From assembly GCA_037440025.1 (NCBI GenBank), contig JBBIUX010000001.1, positions 32,001 through 96,000 on the forward strand: 64,000 bases of DNA, read 5' to 3'. The notes under the pieces are model-generated. The model did not search any database. It worked only from the letters and a program-made list of their open reading frames with translations, and was not told the DNA's origin. Of this stretch, positions 1-8,122 are shown piece after piece. A program made the position numbers and the translations under genes. This DNA comes from Candidatus Fraserbacteria bacterium. Lineage in GTDB: Bacteria > Bipolaricaulota > Bipolaricaulia > RBG-16-55-9 > DRXL01. Every line of letters begins with the position of its first letter. The stretch's first letter is position 1.

Positions 1-2
1 GG

Positions 3-137
3 GTAACGGGCTATAAAGAGATCGGGATGCGCCTGAGCAAGTTGGGCTTACCGGTCTTTGGGGTTCTGGAAGGCGGGTATCAGGTCGAAGACCTGGGACG
101 GAACATTCATGCGCTGTTGAGTGGGATGAAATCCTAG
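3..137 (+). CDS. Histone deacetylase-family protein, C-terminal end (partial at window edge)
   Basis: Manual translation of frame 3 gives ...LGLPVFGVLEGGYQVEDLGRNIHALL...*, containing the HDAC VLEGGY motif; TAG at 135-137. Confidence 0.75.
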   Translation, partial: VTGYKEIGMRLSKLGLPVFGVLEGGYQVEDLGRNIHALLSGMKS

Positions 138-1288
138 AGCCTCAATGCCCCGTACTCATACTGACAGGGCGGCCCGCTCGCGATAGCAAAAATTTTCTCA
201 GTTAAGTCCATCACGACCGAAATGACGCTCTGATAGCGCTCTTCGGGCGGGAAGTTCTCGTCGGGATGGCGACAGAGCGAGTACGGGAAATCGTCGTGAT
301 CGCGCAAGATCTCGATAGCTCGCTCAAGAGAAAGCTGAGAGCTTGTGCGCAGCAGATGCTGGACGCGAGCGAGTCGCTGTTTGGTGCTAGGGCGTTTGGA
401 GGGCTGCACTTCGCGCGTCAATCCGACGGCTTGCGGCTGGAGAAAGTGATTGGTGTGTGCGAGCCACCCATCGTGCGCAAAAAACTGACTAATTCCCGTG
501 GGTGCAGTCTCTAGATTGATTACTCTGTCAGGCGTCTGGGCGATGATGAAATTTGCAGAAACGCCGCGCTCGCCCTCGGTGACGACGCGCACCGCCTGAT
601 CAAACTCTGTGCAGCGCAAGATCTCCCAACACCGCACATGGAAGGGCTTCGCCAGCAGCGCCCAGTTGTCGTGCTCCGAGTTCAACCCGTTTATAGCTAA
701 TCCCAAGCCCGCTGAGTTGAGCCCGATCTTGCCCCCCACGATCCCCGCTTCGGTGAAACAGAGAATATCGGGTACGCCCGGCTCGTGAATCTTCAGAATG
801 AGCCCGTGAACGTCGGGAATCCAATCCCAGTTCTCAGCTACAAGTAGGTGTCCGTTGGCGGTCTTTGGGGGCAGCACGGCAAAGCTGGTGCAGCCGTCGG
901 GGGCCCTCACCCCCAACCCCTCTCCCGTGGATGACCCACGGGAGAGGGGTGGCGAAGCCGGGGTGAGGGCCTGTCGCGTCACTTCGCTATAAATCAACTC
1001 GTAGCGCGCATTGAGCGCCGCGATCTCTAAGAGCTCCGCTCCAGAGCCTTCGGCCACCCCACGCATGGCTTCAGCGTGCTGCGGCGCGAGCTTTTCGATG
1101 ACGCGCAAATAGAGCCCGGCGCGTCGCAGCACTTCGGCCTTGGGGAGTTTCGTTTCGCGCTCGAAACGGTGAAAATAAATTCTGAGATTGTGCGCGATCT
1201 CTGCTCGCGCGTGTCGGCCGTGCGCGAGCCCTTGCTCGTAAGAAGAGCCTTCAAGATGCAGCATGGGCAGAGTCGTCGCGGCGCGCAT
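134..1288 (-). CDS. Peptidase C45 (acyl-CoA:6-APA acyltransferase-like Ntn hydrolase)
   Basis: GSSYEQGLAHG, ALNARYE, DG|CTSF autoprocessing Cys, ENWDW, HTNHF; start trimmed to MRAATT (1288); carries an in-frame palindrome at 902-971. Confidence 0.85.
   Translation of the reverse strand: MRAATTLPMLHLEGSSYEQGLAHGRHARAEIAHNLRIYFHRFERETKLPKAEVLRRAGLYLRVIEKLAPQHAEAMRGVAEGSGAELLEIAALNARYELIYSEVTRQALTPASPPLSRGSSTGEGLGVRAPDGCTSFAVLPPKTANGHLLVAENWDWIPDVHGLILKIHEPGVPDILCFTEAGIVGGKIGLNSAGLGLAINGLNSEHDNWALLAKPFHVRCWEILRCTEFDQAVRVVTEGERGVSANFIIAQTPDRVINLETAPTGISQFFAHDGWLAHTNHFLQPQAVGLTREVQPSKRPSTKQRLARVQHLLRTSSQLSLERAIEILRDHDDFPYSLCRHPDENFPPEERYQSVISVVMDLTEKIFAIASGPPCQYEYGALRL
902..971. repeat. CCCTCACCC...GGGTGAGGG palindromic REP-like element, in frame within the C45 gene
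   Basis: GGCCCTCACCCC...CCCCTCTCCCGTGG atga CCCACGGGAGAGGGG...GGGGTGAGGGCC; related copies at 27081, 40022 and 60199. Confidence 0.85.
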
Positions 1289-1289
1289 C

Positions 1290-1478
1290 TCAGAACTCTT
1301 TGGCAAACGTAATCCAATCAGCAACGTAGCGTTTGAAGAGATATTTGCTTCGATCAAATTTCTCGTCGTCATAGCGGATCTCTTCGGCGCTGTAGCGATA
1401 TTCGGGGTAGATCGCGTTGCCGATCTCGGCGATCGCTGGGTAGTCGCTTGGCTGAAACTCGCGCAGTTGTAAACTCAT
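1290..1478 (-). pseudogene. Truncated GNAT acetyltransferase (N-terminal fragment)
   Basis: MSLQLREFQPSDYPAIAEIGNAIYP is a typical GNAT N-terminus, but the ORF is only 62 aa and lacks the acetyl-CoA-binding motif. Confidence 0.6.
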
Positions 1479-1544
1479 AAGCGAATGCTGTCCCTAAAGA
1501 TTATGCCCCTGAGTTTACTGGAACGACCTGATCTCTTCAAGAGA

Positions 1545-4235
1545 TCAGTCTTCGAAGGTGTGAGAGACGCCGTAATCGCTGAGCAGCTTCTCCAGTTCTT
1601 GTTTGAGTGTCGGCGGAATTCCGTCGGTCTCGATGACGAGTTGTACTCGGCCGGAGAGCTGCTTGAGCTGTTCCGCAGCCTTGAGGATGGGATAGAGCAT
1701 CTGGGTGTGGGTTGAGATCGTCAGGCGCTTGGGCAGGGGCGAGCCCGCTTCAGTCTTTGGTGGCAACGACTGACTAGGCGTCGTTGGAGCTTCTCCCTCA
1801 GCTACGACTGTCCCAAGATGCTCTGGGCGGGCGATCCACTGAGCTGCTTTCTCCGGTCGGATGAGCCAACCTGTGTCAAGATCTATCAGCCCTGTGCTGA
1901 GCTCTTCGTTGAACGTCACGTTCTCCAAGGGATCGCTGTGGCTCTTGCGCGTAGCGTAGCCGAATGTTCCGGCCTTCACGCCCTGAGCGACGGCGCTTCT
2001 CAGAACACCCTCATCAGCAAGCAAGGGCAACCCGGGTGTGCTGAGAAACGCTTGGTAGGCGGCCTTCAGTGCGACTTCTCCCTGCTCTTTGCCCCAGACG
2101 AACTCTTTGATAAAGTCCGGCGCGAGCGCCTCGACCAAAAGCCCTTGATCTTTCAGAGCCTGCCAAGCCCGATCTGCCAATATGGCAGCAGCACTCAAAC
2201 TCTCTCGTGAGGTCAAACGCACTTCTTTGAGGCCCTCGCGAGTTGGGCGCACCAGTACGTTGTAGGCGCGCCGGAGCGCTTCTTGTAGCTCCTTTTGTGA
2301 CTGCTTGAAGCGCGCGTGCACGTCTGTTTGGTCCTCGTCATCGAGAGAGCGAAACTGCGCCGACGCTTTGAAAGCTTCGAGGGCTTTTTGCTTGCGGGCT
2401 TTGCTGCGCGCTGTGGCCAGCTCGCTCTGGTCAGCCAGGAGAAAGACCAGCTCGTTCTTGTGCACACGATAGCCTGAGCCACACGACTGCACGAATGACT
2501 CCAGTTGCTTCTTGCCCTCTTCACTGGCGCTCCCTTGGGAGTGGACAATAACGAGCGTGGGCTCCGGGCGGTCTTCGATGTCACGGCTTTCCTTGGGCCA
2601 TAAAGACACGCGAAAATTCGCGCGACCGGCGATTGCACTGAGCGTTTCGCCAATGGTCTCTTCGATCCGCTCGTCGGTGACGCCGGCTTCGTAGTCTTGT
2701 AAAACTTTATTGAGATTGGGCCGGGACTCGAAGCGATAGCGCTGGTCTTTATAGACAAGATACCAGAGTCGGTCGCGCAGGCGATTGAGGGCTTCGGTGG
2801 CCAGTGCTGGGTTGAGGCCGGGGCGCAGCAAAGCCATATTAAGCTCTTCGGGTGAGGCCCCTCTATCTTGGGCAGCCGCCGAGATGCTGTAGAGAAAGAT
2901 GCTGCCGGCCAAGCCGCGCGCCAACTTCTCTCTATAATAATCGCCTCTCAACTCTTCATCTATAGCGCGGCCCTTCTCCAGAACATCGCTGGTGACGACG
3001 GTATCGAACTCGCTCCCTAACAGTTTGACCACCTCGGAGCGCGTCGTGCGGTCGGCAAGGTCCCCATGACAGAGTTGAATGAGATAGGCAGAGCCAGGAC
3101 GCTCATGCCACAGCCGTCGGATCACTAGCGCCAAGAGTCTTAAGGCCCCGCGCGTCCGCTGAAACTGCGGATGCGGCCCCCAGCGCTGATAGAGCAAGTC
3201 AATCAGCTCAGGATGAAACGGGTAGGCTTGTTCCATGCGATTGCGATAGGCCAGCGTTCGCACGTCATCAGGGAAGGAGCGCGCATGGTCGTCGTAGTAG
3301 CTACGAAAAGCATCGGAGACGGCGCGAATCTCTTTGTTGGAGGGCAGGGTGCGAAAGAGTCGCTTCTGCAAGACCCCGAAGACCTCATCTTGCGCTACTG
3401 GGGTCTCGACCTTCTCGACGCGCCCGAAGATCTTTTTACTATAGTCGAATAATCTTTGGGCTTCTTCGGGCGTGCCCCCTGCAATTTCTAGCACGGAGGC
3501 GGGCAGCGAGACGACCAACACACAATTGGAGAGCCCTGAGGCAGCCACACTCAGCTCATGTAGAAAAGCCTGAGTCTGCTCTGAAAGATCACCTGTGCCT
3601 ACGGGTACACCCTTCGCTTTGACCAGATACTGCAAGACCTCGTCCATCAAGATGAGGGCGGGGGCTGAAGCCCGTAATAGTTTCGTCAGTAGCTCGCTGC
3701 CAGGCGCGGTGCGGGCTTCATCGGCCTCACGCACCAGCTCATAGAGGGCTTTGCCGCCCAGCTTATAAGCCAATTCGCCCCAGAGCGTGCGCAGCTCTAA
3801 GCCGTCCACTTTACGGCCCTGTGGGCTGAGGGCTACGCCATCGAGAACCGCCACGGCGATGGGCTTGGAAGGCAAGGGCAACTCTCTCTTGAGAACCTCG
3901 CTCAGCAGCCTAGGCTGCCGTGCGGCGTGGTAGAGCGCCACGAGCGTGTGGGTCTTGCCGCCGCCGAAGGGTGTCTGCAGCTGCAAAACGGGCGCGCCCT
4001 TGTCTTTCTCGCCCGAGAGCCGCCCCAGCACGCCCTCTAAAAGATTCTCCAAGCTCTTCGTCATGAAAGTTTTCTCAAAGAAGCGTTCGGGCTCGGTGTA
4101 GTCTGAAGAAGCTTCGCCCGTTTCGACTTGATGGAGACTCGCGGCGAAGAGCGCCAGATTTAATTCTCCTGAAAAGACGTCGGGATGGGGCTCGCAGAGC
4201 TCCCAGACTCTGGGAATAGATTTCTTCTTGCCCAT
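1545..4235 (-). CDS. DUF499 AAA+ ATPase of a restriction-like defence system
   Basis: PHPDV N-terminus, Walker A TPFGGGKTH, ILMDE, YPFHPEL, FQRTRGALRL. Confidence 0.9.
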   Translation of the reverse strand: MGKKKSIPRVWELCEPHPDVFSGELNLALFAASLHQVETGEASSDYTEPERFFEKTFMTKSLENLLEGVLGRLSGEKDKGAPVLQLQTPFGGGKTHTLVALYHAARQPRLLSEVLKRELPLPSKPIAVAVLDGVALSPQGRKVDGLELRTLWGELAYKLGGKALYELVREADEARTAPGSELLTKLLRASAPALILMDEVLQYLVKAKGVPVGTGDLSEQTQAFLHELSVAASGLSNCVLVVSLPASVLEIAGGTPEEAQRLFDYSKKIFGRVEKVETPVAQDEVFGVLQKRLFRTLPSNKEIRAVSDAFRSYYDDHARSFPDDVRTLAYRNRMEQAYPFHPELIDLLYQRWGPHPQFQRTRGALRLLALVIRRLWHERPGSAYLIQLCHGDLADRTTRSEVVKLLGSEFDTVVTSDVLEKGRAIDEELRGDYYREKLARGLAGSIFLYSISAAAQDRGASPEELNMALLRPGLNPALATEALNRLRDRLWYLVYKDQRYRFESRPNLNKVLQDYEAGVTDERIEETIGETLSAIAGRANFRVSLWPKESRDIEDRPEPTLVIVHSQGSASEEGKKQLESFVQSCGSGYRVHKNELVFLLADQSELATARSKARKQKALEAFKASAQFRSLDDEDQTDVHARFKQSQKELQEALRRAYNVLVRPTREGLKEVRLTSRESLSAAAILADRAWQALKDQGLLVEALAPDFIKEFVWGKEQGEVALKAAYQAFLSTPGLPLLADEGVLRSAVAQGVKAGTFGYATRKSHSDPLENVTFNEELSTGLIDLDTGWLIRPEKAAQWIARPEHLGTVVAEGEAPTTPSQSLPPKTEAGSPLPKRLTISTHTQMLYPILKAAEQLKQLSGRVQLVIETDGIPPTLKQELEKLLSDYGVSHTFED

Positions 4236-4247
4236 GGCATACTCCCT

Positions 4248-4520
4248 TCAGTAGACATCGCCTCGTGACGAAATTACCTCGACAGAGACAACCTTCTTCT
4301 CCTGATCCACCTTGTACACCACGCGGAGTTTGCCTACCCGATAGCGCAACCTGCCCTTGAGTCTGCCCCAAAGCCGCTTGATGCCGTGATGCTCAAAGTC
4401 GAAAGGATCATGTTCCAAGGCTGCAAAGCATTCGTCGAGTCTCTGAGCTGTGCTCTTATCCACACGCTGGTAATAGTTTGCAGCATTCTTCGATAGCTCG
4501 ACGCGATACTTAGCGTGCAT
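4248..4520 (-). CDS. RelE/ParE-family toxin
   Basis: MHAKYRVELSKNA...IKRLWG...RYRVGKLRVVYKVD...RGDVY; start trimmed to ATG 4520; overlaps the antitoxin stop. Confidence 0.85.
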   Translation of the reverse strand: MHAKYRVELSKNAANYYQRVDKSTAQRLDECFAALEHDPFDFEHHGIKRLWGRLKGRLRYRVGKLRVVYKVDQEKKVVSVEVISSRGDVY

Positions 4521-4731
4521 TGCTGCGCTTGATCTTCCGCCATGGGATAGTCTCACCGCGCTCGACCTCGGCCTTGCCTTTTTCCCAAGCTTTCATAAAA
4601 GTTTCATCTTCGAGGAGTTCTAGCGTTGCGCCCCACTCCTCCAAGCGCTCCATCAACATCAACAGATCGCGCACCATTTCGTTCGGCAGTTCGTCAATGA
4701 TTGCTTTAGCCCGCTCTTTGACCGTCATCAC
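4510..4731 (-). CDS. Putative RelB-like antitoxin
   Basis: 73 aa, acidic, ATLELLEDE...GKAEVERGETIPW; directly upstream of RelE; GTGA overlap with the DUF1156 stop. Confidence 0.75.
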   Translation of the reverse strand: MMTVKERAKAIIDELPNEMVRDLLMLMERLEEWGATLELLEDETFMKAWEKGKAEVERGETIPWRKIKRSNAR

Positions 4732-7481
4732 CGATCACCTTTCTCTTCAAACAACCCCTTCTGCCCGCGCGGGGTTTCGCGCAGCGACTCTCTTCTGAGC
4801 AGCCCCTCGCGCGCGGGCATCAACTGCTCCAACAGCTTACGCTCTTCGTCGCCCTCAGGCAAGACACTCACTAAAGCCTGCGCTGCCCGCCAGAAACGCT
4901 CCGCCTCTAATAATCCCTCTTCTGCTAAGAACTTCTGCAAATTCTCCAGATCGCCCTTCTCCCAGAGCACCAGCGCTTTGTGCAACCCATTGATGAGTAG
5001 GGGCACAGCGTGCTGTGCCTCTACAGGACCTTCTTGTCTTTCAAAAGATTTCGGATCGCGGTCGAGAGCCGCCAGCACTCGCACTTTGTCTTTGAGTTTC
5101 TTCGCTAAGCCCACGTGAGCCAGCGCATCCAGCTCAACTCCCAGCACCTGCGAGAGTTTTCGGGCATCATCGTAGGGCACCTCGTTGGCGTCGTAGGCCC
5201 AGCGGAAGAGCACATAGAAGCGCGTGGGCGCGTCCACTTGGCCGACGCCCTCGGTCTTTAAGATCATCTCCAGCGCGAAGTCGGCCACAAGCCGGCGCAC
5301 TTCATCTAAGAGTTCGCTCACGGTGATCGTCTCTCCCGACGGGTGTAAGACTTTGTCGTAGCGTCCGAAGATTTCTACGGCGGGGCCGATGGCGGACACA
5401 AAGAAATCAGCGCCACTGATGCCGACTTCCCAAAATTTTTTCAGTCGGTCGCGCACGCGGGCTTCCAGTTGGGGCTTCAACTCGTGATACCAAGCCGTGG
5501 TTGATTTCGTGGGGCGTTTTCGGCACGCGAGCAGAATCGTCGAGACGATAGAACCCTTGCCACGGGTGTGGGTGCTGGCCTCCATTTCTGTGTGCACAGG
5601 CCAAGAGGCAGTTGGATAGAGTCCGGCGTTCAAGAGGCTCTGAATGAGACTTTCCCAAGCTGCTGTTGATTTATGCGTGAACATGATGACGGCAAGTCCC
5701 TCGTCTTTGAGCACGCGATGGATCTCTTGAAATGACTGGGTGAGCAAGCGTTCGTAGTGGCGGTGGGAGATGCATTTTGCGCAAGCGCAGTTGGGGTTGT
5801 CGTCTTGGTGTCGTTTGGACTTGGCCGCCGTAGCCCATCTTGCCGGGTTGTGAACGATCTCTTCGTCCTTGGGCGTCAGCTGAGTCTGAAACGCATCGGG
5901 GTAGAGATGGCCGACGGAGCGTTTGAGCCAGACGTAGAAGAAGTCTGAGAGATCGGCGTAGGGCACGTTGTCGTAGTAGGGCGGGTCGATGACGACGGCG
6001 TGTAAGCTGGAGTCTATGAAATTGCTGAGCGAAGCTGCTGAGCCGACCATGGCATTAGAGCAACTTCGCGTGCTGATTGCCTCACGAGAAACTGCAGCTT
6101 TTATCCAGTCAATGGCTCCTTCAAAGCCACCTGTGGAGATGCTGAAAGGATCAATTTCGGTGTAATCCCAAATCATGTGAAGATGATGTCCAGAAAAGGT
6201 GTTTCTGATTAGCTCTCGGCTCGTATGCCAGCTGCAAAGAATTGAGTTGTAGTCACCCAACCGATCAACCGCTAACCCCAAATACGTCGCCACGGCCTTG
6301 GCGTAGTCGTCGTTGCAGCACTCTTTTTTGATTTCTTCATGGGCTTCTCTCACCAATCTCGCAAAGGTCGCCAGCGCCAAGGCTTGACGGGGGTTGAAGT
6401 ATTTGCCCCACTCCGTAAGCCCATACGTGGGACGCTGTGAGGCTCCTTGACCAATCGTGCCGGGGCTTGGCTCATCGGGAACCAGCGATAACTCGTCCTT
6501 GTGATTAGCTTTCAGCTCTTCGAGCCTTCTCGCTGCCTTCTTGAACGCCTCTATGTGCTTCGAGTTTGCGACTGCATACTGACGCCCGCTGCCACGGCCC
6601 GTGGTCTTCACGACGGCTACTAATCTATGGCCCATGCGCTCTGCCTGCGCTTCGCTTCGCAAATAATCATCATCTGCCGTCCCACCGCAGAGCAAGCAAT
6701 GGGCCGTGGCCCTTCTGACGGTTCCCTGCGACGGCCAGTCTTCGTTCGCGCCCACGGTCACGACTTCAAAATCCACTCGCTTATCGTAGTGATTCACGAT
6801 GGGCTTGAGCGCGATGCGCTTGTTGGGTTTCTTGGCGAGCCAGAACTGGCGAAAGAGCGGAATCTCTGCGCCGCACGCGGGATTGGGACAGCGCACCGTG
6901 CGCGACCAGATATATGCGATGGGCGTTGCGCCATCAGGCTCTTTGGGGTAGAATTCCGCAAGCTCCGCTCGCGCCCGCTCCAGCACCCATTTGCCCCAGC
7001 GCTCCACGTCTTCATGTAGGGGCGAACGGCCGTTCGCCCCTACACCATATCTCTGCGGGTACTCCAAGGTCGCTTTCAGAATGAGATACGCCACAGGGTT
7101 GTATTCGACGGCATATGCCTCGCAGCCCAATCTCAAAGCTTCAAGGGGAATAGAGCCGCCGCCCGCGAATGAATCTAAGACTTTGGGCGGCCCGTCGGGA
7201 TAATGCTGTCGCAAGAGTTTGCGGGCTTCTTCGATGAGCGATGGGTGCGCATCCCAGTTGCACAGATTGATGAGAAAGCGCTTCAAGCGCTCGCGCTCCT
7301 CCTCAGATTCCGGGGAGGGGAGCAGTGCTCCGAGCACCGCAGCGCGGGCCACAACCAGAGGGCGTCTGGCCCACCAGACGTGCAGCGTTGAGATGTGCCC
7401 GTGACGAATGGCCTTCTCGCGCTTGGCCTCTTTACTCAGCTCAGCCAAGGGCAAGAGGTCTTCGATGAGATAACGCTTCAT
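4728..7481 (-). CDS. DUF1156 adenine-specific DNA methyltransferase
   Basis: LHVWWARRPL, DSFAGGGSIP (SAM binding), IDPPYYDNV (catalytic), CPNPAC zinc ribbon. Confidence 0.9.
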   Translation of the reverse strand: MKRYLIEDLLPLAELSKEAKREKAIRHGHISTLHVWWARRPLVVARAAVLGALLPSPESEEERERLKRFLINLCNWDAHPSLIEEARKLLRQHYPDGPPKVLDSFAGGGSIPLEALRLGCEAYAVEYNPVAYLILKATLEYPQRYGVGANGRSPLHEDVERWGKWVLERARAELAEFYPKEPDGATPIAYIWSRTVRCPNPACGAEIPLFRQFWLAKKPNKRIALKPIVNHYDKRVDFEVVTVGANEDWPSQGTVRRATAHCLLCGGTADDDYLRSEAQAERMGHRLVAVVKTTGRGSGRQYAVANSKHIEAFKKAARRLEELKANHKDELSLVPDEPSPGTIGQGASQRPTYGLTEWGKYFNPRQALALATFARLVREAHEEIKKECCNDDYAKAVATYLGLAVDRLGDYNSILCSWHTSRELIRNTFSGHHLHMIWDYTEIDPFSISTGGFEGAIDWIKAAVSREAISTRSCSNAMVGSAASLSNFIDSSLHAVVIDPPYYDNVPYADLSDFFYVWLKRSVGHLYPDAFQTQLTPKDEEIVHNPARWATAAKSKRHQDDNPNCACAKCISHRHYERLLTQSFQEIHRVLKDEGLAVIMFTHKSTAAWESLIQSLLNAGLYPTASWPVHTEMEASTHTRGKGSIVSTILLACRKRPTKSTTAWYHELKPQLEARVRDRLKKFWEVGISGADFFVSAIGPAVEIFGRYDKVLHPSGETITVSELLDEVRRLVADFALEMILKTEGVGQVDAPTRFYVLFRWAYDANEVPYDDARKLSQVLGVELDALAHVGLAKKLKDKVRVLAALDRDPKSFERQEGPVEAQHAVPLLINGLHKALVLWEKGDLENLQKFLAEEGLLEAERFWRAAQALVSVLPEGDEERKLLEQLMPAREGLLRRESLRETPRGQKGLFEEKGDR
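4997..5024. repeat. GTAG-type palindromic REP, in frame within the DUF1156 gene
   Basis: GTAGGGGCACAGC GT GCTGTGCCTCTAC, encoding VEAQHAVPL. Confidence 0.8.
7015..7044. repeat. Perfect 30-bp GTAG-type palindrome, in frame within the DUF1156 gene
   Basis: TGTAGGGGCGAACGG|CCGTTCGCCCCTACA, encoding VGANGRSPL. Confidence 0.9.
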
Positions 7482-7792
7482 GGCAAATCCAGCGCGAACT
7501 TGATCGCGTCGTTGACCGATTGGATTTTGGCTGTGTTGAGAAACGTGATTCGTCTTTGTAGCCAGACTTTACGCACCGTGATCAGATTGTCGAGATTGAC
7601 AGCGCAGCGGCGAGGTAGGCCATCTGAAGGCCCGAGCTCCACCTCGGCTCGAATGCCACGAATGTGCGTCGAAACCGGCGCCACCGTCACCCACTGGCGG
7701 ATGCGATACGCTTCGTTACGGGAGACCAACACCACAGGCCGACGCCCAATAGGAGCAGGCAAGTCAGCCCACCAGACTTCGCCACGCCTCAC
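7478..7792 (-). CDS. MazF/PemK-family endoribonuclease toxin
   Basis: VRRGEVWWADL...RRPVVLVS...VTVAPVST; GTG start at 7792 overlaps the antitoxin stop (GTGA); its stop overlaps the DUF1156 ATG (ATGA). Confidence 0.9.
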   Translation of the reverse strand: MRRGEVWWADLPAPIGRRPVVLVSRNEAYRIRQWVTVAPVSTHIRGIRAEVELGPSDGLPRRCAVNLDNLITVRKVWLQRRITFLNTAKIQSVNDAIKFALDLP

Positions 7793-8055
7793 TTCTCCTC
7801 CCACTCGATTTCGGCCAAGAGTTGGCGGGCTATTTGATCGACCCCCGCCATCTCTTCTTCCGTCTCGGGATACTTCCGATAGCCTTCGATGTAGCGACGG
7901 ACGTCTTCCGCTTCCCGCTGCGCCTTCAGCCAATGACGGATCGCATCGGCAATCACCGCGCTTCGGGACTTCTTGAGCTGCCGACGAAACTTCTCTACGG
8001 CCCGAAACTCTTCTTTGGGTAGGCTTACTGCAATCTTCACTGTATGAGCTGCCAT
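7789..8055 (-). CDS. Ribbon-helix-helix (MazE-type) antitoxin
   Basis: KIAVSLP...SRSAVIADAIRHWL RHH pattern; ...YIEGYRKYPET; upstream of MazF. Confidence 0.85.
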   Translation of the reverse strand: MAAHTVKIAVSLPKEEFRAVEKFRRQLKKSRSAVIADAIRHWLKAQREAEDVRRYIEGYRKYPETEEEMAGVDQIARQLLAEIEWEEK

Positions 8056-8067
8056 GATTCACCTCAC

Positions 8068-8118
8068 AGTATGAACAAATGCATACTCAGTATAACTCTG
8101 GCGGACGGGCACTGTCAA
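8068..8118 (-). promoter_or_regulatory. Sigma70 promoter and operator of the mazEF-like module
   Basis: TTGACA-N18-TATACT on the minus strand, followed by inverted repeat AGTATG-N8-CATACT (8068-8087). Confidence 0.7.
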
Positions 8119-8122
8119 ACGC

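Noticed and set aside
1519..1528. TGGAACGACC as a distal att copy of the tRNA-Arg 3' end (TGGTACGCCC) bounding the defence island
   Set aside because: Only an 8/10 match, expected by chance
7793..8062. 194-aa version of MazF in the ORF track
   Set aside because: The extension overlaps the antitoxin gene; the GTG at 7792 gives a canonical-length MazF
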